A stretch of DNA of 64,000 bases from assembly GCA_002633005.1 (NCBI GenBank), contig NMRA01000020.1:478942-542941 (forward strand), written 5' to 3'. Position numbers and translations under genes: made by a program. This stretch comes from Phoronis australis (taxonomy: Eukaryota > Animalia > Phoronida). Shown here piece after piece: positions 1 through 14,238 of the stretch. How positions within the stretch are numbered: the stretch's first letter is position 1; each line of letters begins with the position of its first letter. Under the pieces are notes generated by a model. That model was not told the DNA's origin. It was given only the letters and a program-made list of their open reading frames with translations, and ran no database searches.

Positions 1-484
1 CTCGCTCGGTTAACATGATTTTCGCTCAGAAATTAGCAAGAACGAGATTCTGTGAAGGAATAATTCCACGATAACACTATGTACTACGGTAATGTTCTGA
101 TAATTGCAAAATGTTTATAAGTAAAGCCAGAGACGGTCAAATAAGGCTAAACGGAGGAATTGGAGAGAAGATAAAGTAAACAGTTCATCAAAAATGTATG
201 GATAACATTCTAGAAAAATGGCTGCAGCCATATGTTGTCCATGTGTCACATAACATGCGAACCATGTGGCTGTTTTGTAAACTAAGTTACGAAGTTACAC
301 GATCTCTGTCTATAGTGAAGGTATCGGGTTCTGCTAGTAATATTGTTGTAGAGCGCCAAAGAATATCTTTACTTTCCCAAACATTTATTTTTTGAATAGC
401 CCCCCACTTATTTCAGTGCTGCGCCGCCCATGTTTTAGCGAATTACATGGCAACTGCGGAGAAAAGAACACCCACCAAAGACCG

Positions 485-628
485 TTATGTCCAGTTTGTG
501 AGATTGGGAGTATGAGTTTTTAGATGATTCCTGCCTTTGCTTTTCAAGACTGACCCCAATGATGCACTAGCAGGTGAAAGAACGAGGTTTGGGTGAAATC
601 ATCAAAACAGGGTTTAGTATCCCTTTAA
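485..628. repeat. End of a TTAA-type MITE related to 40214-40564
   Basis: Ends GGTTTAGTATCCCT|TTAA; its reverse complement aligns by eye to 40211-40350. Confidence 0.55.
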
Positions 629-1859
629 CTTTGACAAGTCGCAAAATCTGTAATTTCTTTACGTAGGTGCCTTCCGCCCACTTGGTCAGATGCGGGGTTT
701 CTTTGATGGGCAATATGACCTAACTCAAACACGCCGTGAAACTATACAAGTGAACGATTCAATTAACGTTTTATTGACTGTAATTAGAGTGCATATTGTG
801 AATGATATCTTGATTTACATGTAGGGATTCAATCAGAAAGTCTAGAGCTAAGAGAATGTCAGTAACAGGACTAAAGTTTATGTTGTGCCGGTATCACGAC
901 CGACGAAATCAGTATTTAGCCAAATAATTAACTGAATTTTGATGTACATGTAATTGTTGATAACTTCACAACGTTTCGGACACATCTACAAACATCCAGT
1001 GACAGAATTAACAAGTGTTTATGCATACTTTGTAGGTTTTGTCTGAATATATATCGGATTCTTAAATTTGTCGGAATATTTCAAGTTACTTCTCTGTATT
1101 TTACTCGGTGCATATATTTACCGCCTAAATTTATACTTTGACATCGATGGCAGTCTTTCTATAATAGCGCCAAACGACGAGAAAAAACAAAACAAACTTG
1201 AAACATAATGCAAGCGGGATTGTCTAAATTCCATTGAATCATAAAAAATGTTTACGCAAATGAACTGCACCTTTGTTTACTGCAAACTAACGCCCGCGTT
1301 TGTAATTTGAGATTTACAGACCTAGCATTCTCAAATTTCTAAGTCACCAAACAAATTGTGAGCTGACGTAAAGCGACCTGAAATACTACGTTGTACATAG
1401 TCGAACAATAGTGCGAAATAATGAATATGTCATTTAATTTTAATTAATACAAGCATAGTTAATCATAAGCTAATAACGTCGTTTACATCTCAGCGGTTTC
1501 AAATGACTGACGGATTAAAACTATGCTCATGGCGTCAAGCTGCTTTATCCTATCCTCGTAATTAAGATGGATGCAGGAACATATCCGTGTTAATTAAACG
1601 TATGTTAAAAGTAGCGAAAAGAAGCCTTTATGTAGAATATAAGTCTGCCGTCATTCGGGTGCGTGACAGTTACAATATAACCACGTAATAGCTTAATTAA
1701 TGGATGAGGAAAAAGGGTGGCAACAGGAAACGGCGAGGCATTATGCTAGGGAAAGTTTCACTCGTTATCAACATATAAGTTATATCCTCATTGGGCAGTT
1801 ATGCTTTTGCTAAAATTTAGGAAATTACATTATAAAAATTTAGGTAATTACATAATAAA

Positions 1860-1935
1860 ACAACAACAACCATCGTCGTCGTCGTCAACATTATCATCAT
1901 CTTCATCATCATCATCGTCATCATCATCATCATTG
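1860..1935. repeat. Compound (CAA)/(TCG)/(TCA) microsatellite
   Basis: Directly visible. Confidence 0.9.
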
Positions 1936-3513
1936 TTATTCGCAGTATTGAAAGTGGCGACTTTCGGTTCTATAGTTGATGGTAATTATGATACCTGCCC
2001 TTTGCGTAGACCTCATTTGTTTGAAAGGGTGAATGAGAAAAAACAATTAAAAGCTTTGTCTTTCCTGTCCCAGGAATAATTCAGGCAGATTCTTACAACA
2101 TGTTAAGCATGCGCATTTTGAAAACCTCAGCTTACAAAGTGTGTCCATCGTTAGAAAGGTTTGGTGAACAGATCGCCGGACAAGTATACGCATTGCACTC
2201 GTACGTGCGCGTCATAATATGAGTGTATATAATAAACAGTTGCAATAAAAAAGCAGATGAGGGGAGGAATGGAATTTAATGCAGTCCTATCAGATCCGTG
2301 ATTACAATGGTCTAACATGTAACATGTATACAATCTAACTAATAAATGTCCATGATTTAAATTAATCTATGCTCACCCCCATGAACGTCGCCATTGACAC
2401 AGACATGATGTCTTGGTTTTAATTTTTGTTAGGACCGTTCTTGAAAACAAGCAGACGTCTTGAAAAAAACAATCTGGAATAATGTTGAAATTAATATGCT
2501 TAATCGATAAATAACGTTCCACATGCGTTGTTACAAGCCATGAAGCTATACACGTGTTTTGCAGTTATGGCTAAAAGTAGCACAACTGGTTCTGTTCTCA
2601 TCTTGAAACCTGGAAGCTGCCAGAGGTGGCGATGGGTACAGAAAGAATCCGAGCCATTTCAGCTCAGTGGCACCAGGTGACGTTGGGGTGAAAGAAAGAA
2701 CGGCCAGGTCCATTTCAGCTAGCGTCACTGAGATGACCTTTTATTTTTAAAAATATGAACTACTAAAGTAAACTTCCTAAAACGGTGCCAAATTTCAGAT
2801 TTCAGAACTAATCACATTTTTATGCTGATCATTGACATAAACGGCGAGCGTGATGTTTTTATATTATCACTGTCCGACTCTGTTTTACTAGCTCATCTAA
2901 CCTCCCCTCGGTAACTATCAAAGTATTTTACGCGATGAATTCACTTGCCTCAATTTCTTTGGATGACAGGCAGCCAACAGCAAGAATTGATGATTTGTAA
3001 TGAAATCACAAAACAGCGGATTTTAAGCCAAAATTTAACGTATATAAATGGCTGTTTCTCCCAAGGGAAAGTCTCGTCGTACTTGTTACATTTGAACAAA
3101 CATCTCAAGCTGAAATCTTTCATGTATTAAGAGTGACATTTTGTGCATCTAAAAGAACAGACAAGGAGGAAATTGGTTTTGAACTCATTTCTGTTTCACT
3201 TTGTATGAGGATTCTTAAATTCACTTAAACCAACATAAAAAGTTAGGTAAAATTTGTATTCTATTGATTGTTGTCAATATATTCAGGAAATTTCAACAAT
3301 TGGACCGTTAGATAACATTCGTGACAGTGTCATGGCAATAGATTCAGTGTGCTGCTAAAGTGCCGCTTCTTTTCTATGTGCTCATTTTTCCCGTCTCAAA
3401 AATGCCAGAAGATTTTAACACGTTAGTGTCATTCTTGGTAATTCTTTCAAACGAAACATTTGTATGCACTTCAGCACTGCAAAAACCAGGTTCTCTTGTT
3501 GTTTGAACCAACG

Positions 3514-3640
3514 GCATCAGACTACTTGGGTACATTGGTAACGAGCATCAGACTATTTGGGTACATTGGTAACGAGCATCAGACTATTTGGGTACATTGG
3601 TAACTAGCATCAGACTATTTGGGTACATTGGTAACGAGCA
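3514..3640. repeat. 31-bp x4 minisatellite
   Basis: Unit GCATCAGACTATTTGGGTACATTGGTAACGA. Confidence 0.95.
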
Positions 3641-5609
3641 CTTGGGAGCTATAATAGCCGCTAGATTGTCACATGTGTCCATTATGCAGCAAAGAAGTCA
3701 GTGGTGACTTACTGACAGCGAACAATACTAAAAAATTTGTCTCACCTGAAAACAAAATGACTTAATTGGAAAGCAAATTACCGGACACGGCGGAATTGAC
3801 ATCGCCAATCGAGTTGACGTACAGGTTGTTGTGCACGGGAACAGGAAATCGAACTTTTTCACGCCATATGGTTAAACGCTGTCAGGGCCCGAGCTTCAGT
3901 CTCTGAACTTGAACTTGAACTAGGCCGTTATTCTTCCTCAGTCTAAATAGGTGCAATATCTTGTCTTGAACAAATTGTGGGTTCGTTATTCTTTCAGACC
4001 AAACTCGTGCATTTCCAGGTCACGGTGTGAAATGAAATTTTGTAGTCTTGGTTTGAAGAAATAAAGAATTGTCAGTTTTTATCGAGCTCAAAGATCATTT
4101 CTAAACTGAGTAAGGAACAATACAAGACCAATTTTATAATTGCCTAAACCAAAACTTGTCTTTTTGAAAGAAAGCACAGGTTTCATGACGCTTTCGCACA
4201 ACATATAAACTCCATACTCGAGCAATGAAACTCGTGCCCCGAATCATGAGTGCGCGATTGGAGTTGGGTCTCCGGGCTGGGTGTGTAGCTTGGTCGACGG
4301 GTAGGCCCTGAAGTATTTTCGGCCGGTGCGTGTGCGAAGTTTGGGGTGCGGGTATAGGTTTTGTACCGCAGGTTTGGCATTTGCTGGTCTGGGACTGGGG
4401 ATTGTGGCTGTAATTTTAGAGAGTTGTCTCCACCTCCCAAACAAAATAGCAATATTTATTACCTTGTACAGTTTTGGTGGAAGCTTTCACTTTCGGTCGC
4501 GCTGTTCACAAAATGGTAGAAAAGCTACTGTAGACGTACTTACGAGGGAAAAATTCTCCTGGTGAAAAAACATCCGGACGACTTCAAAATTTCGGTGACC
4601 TCAATTCGTCCATTTCATTCGTTGACACGTTACATCACTGCGAAAAAATGCCAGCAAACAAAGTAAAGAATTATGGGAGAGCTCGTTCTCCAACTAATTA
4701 ACTCAACATGAAATCCACAACATTCTTCTTACATGAAGCCATTTACTATTAGTAATTAAGAACTGGCCAACTCAGTGAAGGTCAACGTAATTATGTTTCA
4801 CATTAAATAGATGATATGATATAATGAGGATTACTGAACGACGAAGGTAATTGGATTCTACACTGACCAAGAACCACGTAGTAAAGCCATATAGATTAGG
4901 GTTGCATTCCATAGGGGCAAAACATTGGGAAAAAGCAAAAAATCGCATTTCTTCGAGAGAGATCGTCAAGTATTACAGGCGAAATACGTGACCATACTAA
5001 AATTACTCGCGTGTGCGAGTTAATGGGACGACTTTAAAGGTTGTAGACGCCTTTTTGGTCGTAAATCTGATTTTCACTTGTACATCTAACCTGTTACAAC
5101 TTTTTCAAAATGTTCCACCAACGTAAGAATCTCGTAAAGGATGATAGTGCGATTACGTGCTTCGATTTTAATACAGGGCGACATCTCGTGAAATCTTGCG
5201 TGACCTGGCGTTTTTGCGAATTTCTCGCGTCTACAGAATGCAGGCTTGGTTTAAGATTTTAGATTTTTAAATAAATCTCTTAACTTTTCTTTGTTGTAAA
5301 CCACTGACTTTTTAAACTTGTTTGAATTATCGCGCAAATTAAACAGTCGTCGGACATACATGACAGCGTCTTTAGGTAACTAACTCAAAAAGGGGCGGAT
5401 TGTAGCGTCTCTCGTCGCGGCCGACAGAAACCCAAATCCGTTTTCACTAGCTAAGAATATAGAATAAGAAAATTTAAACTTTAAGCCTTTAAGTTATGTA
5501 CTTTCTCTTTGCTTCAAATTTCTGAGTTCAAAAAATTGATGTTCAGTGTTGGACTAAGACCTCAGTTCGCCCGTCATCATTGTTCCGTGTCAATGAAAGC
5601 CCTTGCTTG

Positions 5610-6130
5610 TACACTGTCTCAAGGCACCTGAAAAAGCATAACTGACAGAAAGTACGCTCTATGGGATTTCTCAAAGATGAAGAAAATCAACAAAGCCATG
5701 TCTTTATACCTGGCTACTTCCACCAAAAAGTTGATATTATGAAAAATGACCAAAAAGTGCGATTTTGGCCATTATTTACCTAAAATCACAAATTCACGAC
5801 TGTCCCGTTCTGGAGAAAAGACCGTAATCCGAATGCTCTTACATTCTAATTCCAAAAATTCAGGTGTCATTCCTTACCAGATTTTTGACAGTTTCACTTG
5901 TCTGAAGGGTACCTGGATTCGCACCAAGAATTCAACACTCAACGAGGATGTGCTCTTAAAATGGTGGCACTTCGGTATTAGAGTAGATAAGAGCAGAGGT
6001 CAGATTTCTGGATTCAATTTACTCAGAATAACTTCAAGGAAATACTGAAAACCAGTCGTGACGATCATTTCCCACTTTGTCCACAAGATTGCCGTCAAAC
6101 CCGACCCACCTTATTTTCTTCATATTTTGT
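5610..6130 (+). repeat. Dispersed repeat, copy 1 (non-autonomous DNA element)
   Basis: Colinear with 36780-37300 (e.g. gacagaaagtacgctct.tgggatttc, acctaaaatcacaaattcacgactg, ccaagaattcaacactcaac). Confidence 0.8.
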
Positions 6131-8442
6131 GGGGCTAATAGACCGTCTGTCAACGGAATTGGCGGCCATGTTATTGGTGACCACCACAAAATGAAACTTA
6201 AACATTTTACAGCGTCTTTTAAAAGATACTCTTTTCGCTTTATTTTCTACAAAAATTGATAAAACGGATTGTATGTCATGTTAGTTCAGTCTTGTCTCTA
6301 ACTGCAATGAATGTAATTAATTAGAAAGACTTGAGCGATCATACTTTGATGTCGACCTCTGCTTTGGTAACACGATTTTAATTCTTATGAAAATAAATAT
6401 AAAGTAATAAAGAGTTCATTGTCAAAAGTGAACTGACACTGGTTTTAGTTCTATAAGTTTCATTTAGCTGTTTTAATTGTTTGTTAGGAGATAGCACTTC
6501 ACTGACATGGCGTATGAGGTCAAGCCAGTGATGTATTTTTTACAATAGAATGCTTGAGAAAATTCTAGTATATTCGTGATTAATACAGAACCATAGTCTG
6601 TAATACTCTAGAGCCAAGTATATTTTATATTGGGTAGATTCTTAAAAGCTCTAGAATGCTGTTGGAATGTTGGAAAGTTCCAGAAAATTGTAAAAGACTA
6701 TGGATACCCGGGCACGGGTTAATGGAAAGTCAGCTTTTAAGTGAAAGAGTTACAGATACATTTACAGATACATGACAAGTTGCAGTTGAGCTGCAGTTAC
6801 AGGATCAGCAGTTACAGTGTTAATCAGCAAAGAGCCAGCTATAGAGACAGCATGTTATTTAATCAACGGACTATCAGTTGTTGGAAGTGAGTCAGGAGTT
6901 TGTCACAAGTCGAGGCTTTGCAGCACTGGCTGGAGCACAGAACAGACAAGAGGTCGGTCGTTTTGTTTGAGTAGTATTATGTATGGACGGTCGATGTTAC
7001 TAAGGTGATTAGCTCGAGCTAGTCTTCAGTCGATCGTTGCATCGAAAGTTACTAGCACCCGCGCACGTCACCGAATTCGGAATTTTTAAGCCTTTTTATG
7101 TCATCGGAATTCTGACTCCTCATTTGTTTTTAAGAAAGCATAAAATATAAATCACTTAGTGAATGCATACCCGCGTGAAAGCATCGCAAGGTGTGTTTTC
7201 AAAGGTCGTTGTTTACAGACTTAACACTCGTCATTTGCGCGGGTTTTAAATAGCGCGTGTACGCTGAACGTGATGACACGCAATTTGCGATCGCATTGCT
7301 ATTCGCGTGTTTGGTATGGAGTCATTTGACGTTTTCGATGGACCCTTCACATAATATTGAAAATAGTAATAATAATAATAATTCGGCCAGATTTACGTTG
7401 TGCTGTAAATTAATAAGTTCTTCGAAAATTATTACCTGGCTATGGACCGGGTCAATATTAATCTTTCTCAACTCTCAGAAAGCATACAATGGGTAAAACA
7501 AGTGTCGGAGCACACCGACTAATGCAAACGCATAATTCTGTAAACATTTCAAGTGCTAAATTTCCCTCGCGGTTATCTGAATCGGAAAAAATCGAAGGCC
7601 TGCAAAACTTGAAATAGTGGTTTGATTGCATTTGTGTTCCTTTTTGTTGATCCAAATCGTCTCACTGAGGCAGATATATCATCACTAAATATCCGAAATG
7701 GAATGACGTTTGTCGACTCTTTGCATTAAAAACACCGTTGCATGGCCGCAAATCATGGTAGCTTTTCCAAAATGTAATCTTCTGTTCTTTTGTCTATTCC
7801 AAACATGTGCAGGACGTTTTTTCAAAGTCTCTCCACATCGTCTTGAAAGTTAGCTGACTGACCGAACGATTGATCCGCAGTAGGATCGAAAACACAAACA
7901 AAGCATCCTTCCATAAACTACTTAGCGGATGAAATCACATAATAAAGCGATTATTGACTATCAGACTAGGTCAATATGTTGGTTTTCAAAACCCAGAAAT
8001 GTTGATGCCCCGCCAGGCTTGGTCTTTATCACAGTCTTGGTGTCTGGCCAACATAATGACCTCGCTGAAAGTCATTAATTGTGCATAAATAAATTATAGA
8101 TTTAATTGTTTAGAACTTAGCTACTTTATTTGTGCACCACCACCTAAAATGGCAGCTGCAGTGAGCGTCAGCTGACTCACGCATTATGGGTATTCACTCA
8201 AATTAATTTTAAAACGCAAAAACACCCGGGGCTGAAAGTCACGAAATATTTATATTTTAGTGACATATCTTTTGACTGAGGAAACTTTACCCCGTGTGAA
8301 TTTAAAGGAAAGGGTCGCTTTAATGTTCGCTGACGTGCTGTTGCGGTCAGTGCTGTAGTGGTGAAATTAGAGGTAAGTAGGCGCCCAAAGTCCACCGTAT
8401 CATCTTGAGCACTGAACGTAACTTACGGTGCGTAGGCGCTAC

Positions 8443-11224
8443 TAGTCAGGTTCACTATGTCCAAATTTTGACTTTCGTTGGAATTTTTTGGGGAAAGTGG
8501 AACTATACATTTTTGGAAACCTCATACAATGACGAAATGAATCAGAAAATAATTGATTCCATTTTTTCGGTGGCCATCTTGGCGGCCATCTTGGATTTTC
8601 AAAAATGGCTCCGGTAAAATGGATTTTGCCCAATATATCCGCCCTTGGGTCACTGAGAATGTTAGTTATTATGGCTACACCTGCAGTTCTGAAGTCAATG
8701 AATTGAAAATTTTAATTTTATTGGCGGCCATCTTGGTGGCCATCTTGAAATTTCACAAATGGCGCCCATAAAATACATTTTGCTTAGTATTTCTGCTCTT
8801 GGGTCACTTGAAATTTGCTAGTTTTAATAGCTGCACCCACATTTTGTGGGGTAAGGAATTGAAAAACGCTATTTCTAAAATGATACATATAATCTAAATG
8901 ATTTTAGTAGCAGATACGAACCCCCAGAATATTTAAAGGAATCACAGAAACGCAGATTAACCTACATGTATATTTACAGTGTATATCTATATCTTTTTAA
9001 AAGACATTTGAGACATATCTTTTGACAATTTAGTTATTATTTCCACTGTTCACTTGGGAATCCAGTTCTCCTCTACTCAATGGAAATGCATTTTGCCTTT
9101 GACAATTGGATGGCAGATAAGCTTGGCAGTAACCAGGCTGAGGATCAATGACGAGAACAATAGGAGTTGTAGCCTGCTGGGCAAATCGACCAGAAACATG
9201 CTATCAGCAACTATGAATTCACCCTATTACCAAGAGCGATCTTTGTTGCCAGTGGGACAACGCTGTCATGCACAGACAAATCGAATCGAATCCACCTTCT
9301 GCAGAAAGTTTCCGAAGCAGACGTCTTAGAACAGAACAGTCCTCAAGCTGCAAGAGAGGTTTTAGACCCAGAAAACATGTAAACAACATCCAACGCGTGT
9401 GTTCACCCAAGCCACAAAACTGCACGCGTGGAAAGTATGGAAGTGATTTTCTTAACTAGAGATTATGACGATATCATTCTGGTTTTTGACACCCACAAAG
9501 ACAACTCTTTGAAGCAAGCCACAAGAGAAAAAAGGAGGCAGAGAAAGGGTCAAGTACAGTACCAGATTAGAGATGAGACTTACATAAAGAACATCCCAAT
9601 GAGCAGTTTCCTCTCCCATGACCAAAAAAGGCTCAACCTACTGAAAATCTGTCTGCAAAGACACTTGAATATAATAAAGACTGCCAAGATAGCCATTACT
9701 TCACATTAAGGTTGCACAAAGAGCAACCCACGTGATCTACACCTAGAAGAAAACGATCACGAAAAAGCAGATGTATTGCTAATACACTGTACATCATGCT
9801 GTTCTGGCATCACATCAAAAGATCCCTGATTCTCAGCTGATGTTTTCTTTTCACCTGACATAGATTTACTGGTACTCGTCATTACCTATTATGACAGGCT
9901 TCTCAGAAATACTTCAGTTCCCATGGCATCTGGGATTGTGGATGTGAATCCAATATGGACAATATTACGTGCTGTCCGGGCAAATAGCTCTTCCTGCTTT
10001 CCATGCTTTTACATGGATAGACAATACTGGTCCATTCTGTAGGATGAATATATATTTTGAAGGCAAACACCGATGATATCAATGCACAGCAGATTTTTGT
10101 GCTGCTTATGAAGTAACAGGTGAACTTTTTTCACATTAGCTCCTTTTACATGTGCATACTCACCACAGGGTATAGACACAAATAGCCGGGCATCCCAGAG
10201 CTGAGATGGTACCTCTTCTTTAAACATACGGCTGACAGCGACAAACGTCCACCAACCATTGGTGCTTTGAAACAGCATGTGCTGAGGGTGTTTATTCAAG
10301 CCAGAGTGTGGGGCCAGGCAGTCACTGCTCGACAGGAGTTCCTTGAACCATTGCAGAATAAAGGACAAAGATGACCAGCTGAAACACTCACAACTGAGGA
10401 GCTTCCGGCACCAGAGGCTATCATTGAGATGGTTAGATGCCAGTGGAAAAATAATTCCTCTTCCCAAAGATGCTCTTGCTGATCAAAGGACCTATCTTAC
10501 ATAGATCTATGTAAGTATAGTGCAGAATGTCAGAATGGTGATGATGATGTGATTCCTGGTGACAGTGATAGCTATAGTAATGATCTATAGACTGATTTCA
10601 AAGACTGTTGACACTACAAAAAAACATACTTTCTTGTTCTTCAAACATAAATAAGTTGTTTAGGTACTGATTTAGTTTTAAGTGGCTTGAAGGAAACAAG
10701 CTCCGAACAAAATATACAAGAAAGTAAGATAGTGATCATGTGTCGTATTACATGCGTTTAGAAAATGTGGCTGCTAATAAATGAGGTTTTGGTTATGTTT
10801 CTCATTTAATAAGTTGCGTTTTCAGATTTCTTGACCACAAAAATGTGGATGCAGCCATTAAAACTAACATTCTAAGTGACCCAAGAGCAAAGATACTGAG
10901 GAAAATGTATTTTACGGGCGCCATTTTTAAAAATCCAAGATAGTTGCCAAGATGGCGCCCAAAAAAATTTAAATTTCCAATTCCCTGACCTGAGAAATGC
11001 AGGTGTAACCATAAAAACTAACATTCTAAGTGACTCAAAAGTGGAGATATTGGGCAAAATCCATTTTACCGGCGCCATTTTTGAAAATCCAAGACGGCCG
11101 CCAAGATGGCCGCCAAAAATGGAATCAATTATTTTCTGATTTTTCATTCCATGAGGTTTCCAAAAATGTATAGTTTCCATTTTCCCCGAAAAATTCCAAC
11201 AAAATTACATAACAAACCTGACTA
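8443..11224 (+). mobile_element. Internally deleted Academ(X)-type DNA transposon with ~420-bp TIRs
   Basis: Long imperfect inverted repeats 8443-~8870 / ~10815-11224, termini TAGTCAGG...CCTGACTA, near 3-bp TSD (tac/taa), and an internal XPG/PIN-like nuclease remnant. Confidence 0.75.
9440..10590 (+). pseudogene. Degenerate C-terminal XPG/PIN-like nuclease + Cys-rich region of an Academ-type transposase
   Basis: Frameshifted motifs in order: IILVFDTHKDNSLKQATREKRR, NDHEKADVLLIH, FSPDIDLLVL, ALPAFHAFT, ELRWYLF, PPTIGALKQH, PAPEAIIEMVRC, RCSC. Confidence 0.8.
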
Positions 11225-13597
11225 TAAGTTCAAATGCCAAAAGGTGGATGGCTGCCCCACTACAGCACTGGTTGCGGTGAAGTAGTGGTTCGTTCGCAAA
11301 AAAATCCCGCCGGGATCGAATCACAATGATTTCCGCATTACTTCACTAAAACGTTGTTACCATAACAGCGGTCAATATGCAGTTATGAGAGGTCAGTATG
11401 AAGACTGACTCCAAAATATGAGCTTCTAACTTCATAAAATGTTCAAATTATATCATAAAACCAGGTAAGACCTTTTACTGTTACACAATTTACCCACGGG
11501 AGTTTCACTTTGCTGGTAATTTCAAACTGAACAAGTGTTTTGTTCTTACACCGGGAATTTCTTCATATATTTCCGTGTCACTGGTAGCCTACTTTACGAA
11601 AGCTCTTTCACTTTTCAAATAACGATGGACTATCTGGTCTGGTAGGCCTACTCAGTGGCTAGCCCGGCGCATAAAATGTAGCGCCGTGACAAGATTGTAG
11701 AGGTAACGTGGTTCCGCAACAGCGAGGTGTCCATTCTTTGGAAGCCCTGAAATCACCTCGAATTTGACTAAAGAACAATTTGAGAATACTTTTTTAATTG
11801 TATGGGGTCTACTCTAAAGTTGCTTTTGTGGTGGATGGTGGCTTTATGGCCACTTTTCGTGAGCTGAGTCATTCCAGTTATAGCGTCTTTCAGTGAAGAA
11901 CGAGTGATGTCCAGCTATGCCATGTACTATAAACGGGATGAGTTTACATCAATCTTGTTACATATACTGTCAATTAACCGGGTCCATCTTAGGTAATAAG
12001 TAAATGTAAAATCAATGTGATTTATTATTATGATTGTGGCTAATCTCGCATGGCCTATCATTCTCACAGACTGGTGTGTAGACGCGGAGAAAGATATTTT
12101 TGGGTGGAAAGGGACAAAATCGCGGTTATAGGGTCGAGAATATTGTTGGGTAGGATAGGCTTTTGACTATTCAAAATTGTTAGCTTCGATCAAAACCATT
12201 TAACAACAAAACTCCGCTGTGTAATTCTGATTAGAGTACCAGCTCAGTCTGATGTCCTGTATTCAGGGGAGAAAACTAAAAATGCGGGCATGCTATATCC
12301 GACCATTACCGTAAAACTGGTTAAAAAGTTTATCTCCTCTTCTCGACTTACGGTACTTATGCCCATTACAAAACCCTCAATCAAATGCGTTAGGCCTACA
12401 CTTATTTTTGTCGCCACTGTTTCATTATATGGCACAAGGTACCCATTGCGCAGCATAAACCTTTTAAAGATACTGTTCCGATTCGTTTTAGTAAAACGCC
12501 GCATGAAACGGATGCTCTTTCAACATGATACCAAATCTTTCCAAAATGTATATAACTTATTACATAACTTCTAAGTTTGATTCTTGACTTTCTGGCAATG
12601 CACCAATAATATGGCTGCCACATTTGAATGACACTGATTTTCACTTTTTATAAACTTACGCTAAAACTGATAGTTAATATACAAATATACACGCTGCTGC
12701 AATTTACGAAATGCTCGCTACTGTGGTGATAATTTTCATTTTACGAGAACCATAGTCTGTGTTTCAAACGGGTGAAAACAAAGTAATAGGTATCTTTGAA
12801 AGTTCAGGAGATTTCCTATTTTGCGACGTCATTGCCCTATATACATACAATTGTCTGCATATTGCAAAACAACACGCTGTATAAAGACCTTATACACGGC
12901 CATAGTGGTTTTTAATGCTTTCCAGAAGTGACAAAATCAATTAGTTGAAAAGACATTATCGGGCACAATAATGTGCACTTGAGATCAGCTCCAACACGGA
13001 TTCGAAGTCTAATCTCAACGATCGCAGTCCTACGCTTTGGCAGCAGAGCTATAAGCCAATATGGCGAGTGGTCGATTATTAATTTTAGGCGTATTTAACC
13101 GATAAAGTATCCAGTCCTTGTTTCGGTTAATTCTACCGAACAGCTACATGCCAGTGTTGGGAATTGTCGATTTCTACTTGAAGACATACATGTATATGTA
13201 TCAGTGCCAAGAAAAGGGATATTCTGAGGTCAGTTACAGCGCGGATTTGAACCTATGATGTCTGGGGTTACAATCAAACACTTAGCTGACGTAGCTAAAT
13301 CCCTCTTCATAAGGACAGTGTTTTTTAAAAGGCGAAGGCAACTTTTTTCATGTCATTTTGAGCTAAAATAAGGTTGGTTGGTTGGTTATCCTAGACATAT
13401 TTTCCACTTAATTACAGCTTTTCGTAATTTTATTAATTACTCGTCCTCTACTCCGGAAGTGACGTTTTAGAAGGCAAGCATTTCGCGCCAATTTCTTTTC
13501 ATATAGTCTGACTGTGAGAGCTGCCGAGTCAGTCATTGTTCTACCTCGGTTGTGTTAAGTTACGTCGTCGTTTGCTTTCATTTACTAGTCAGTCAAC

Positions 13598-14238
13598 ATG
13601 CCACATTGTTGCTGCGTACCGGGATGTACTAATTATCGTCTCACAAGCGCTTTGGGAGTACCTTAGCATCGCTTTCCGATGGATGACACACTTCGCCGCA
13701 CTTGGCTCGTTCGTGTGAAGAACGCAGCGTTACCCGTCCACGCAACGTACAAAGCAGTCGAGAATTATCGTGTGTGTGGCAAGCACTTTCTGCCGTCGGA
13801 TTACGAAAGGGATTTGTACACTGAACTGATGAAGGTCCCTGCGAAACAACGCCTGAAGAAGGATGCCATTCCGTCTGTGTCAGTGCCCCGTCGCCACCCC
13901 CGAGAACTGCGTTTTTTAAGAGAGAAGCCTCGCGAGCTGTGGCCAGTACAGTGGCTGGAGCCAGTGGAGGCACTTCATCCACTGTCACCCGTGCCTCCGA
14001 ACGTACCCCCAGAGCGTGCCATTCCTGGAACCAGTAGTGATTCGCCCTGTGCTGTTTCCTCCAGCCCAGAGCCTCTAAGCAGCCCTGCAGCGATATTGAG
14101 TAGTGAGAGTGATTACAGGCCAGTTCGACACCCAGTGAAGAGGACAGTTCGTCGTCCAGTGAACAGATCGGTGAGCCAAACTTTGATAAGTTTATTGTGA
14201 ACTTGTATAAAGTGTTGGAGCTATTTAGAAGGTGCCAG
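13598..14238 (+). pseudogene. THAP-domain transposase 5' fragment (Kolobok-type), with in-frame TAG and frameshift, interrupted at N14239
   Basis: MPHCCCVPGCTN...VP*HRFP...W...RVCGKHF...LKKDAIPSV is a C2CH THAP with an AVPT-like box. After a shift near 14120 it reads KFIVNLYKVLELFRRCQ, a motif recalled from THAP-DDE (Kolobok-type) transposases. Candidate left end TTAA|AAGGCG at ~13329. Confidence 0.7.

Larger units (their letters stand above)
8348..11270. mobile_element. hAT-type non-autonomous element (~140 bp of its own sequence) enclosing an Academ-type insert
   Basis: Perfect 14-bp TIRs CAGTGCTGTAGTGG (8348-8361 / 11257-11270) and perfect 8-bp TSD GTTGCGGT (8340-8347 / 11271-11278). An 8-bp TSD with CAG termini is typical of hAT. 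Confidence 0.85.

Noticed and set aside
2565-2680. AG/GT-bounded exon-like segment
   Set aside because: No recognisable product and no partner exons found.
6482-6907. Possible solo LTR (TGTT...TCACA)
   Set aside because: No matching TSD, no second copy and no internal domains in the window.
10009-10467. 152-aa minus-strand ORF
   Set aside because: Antisense to the decayed Academ nuclease region.
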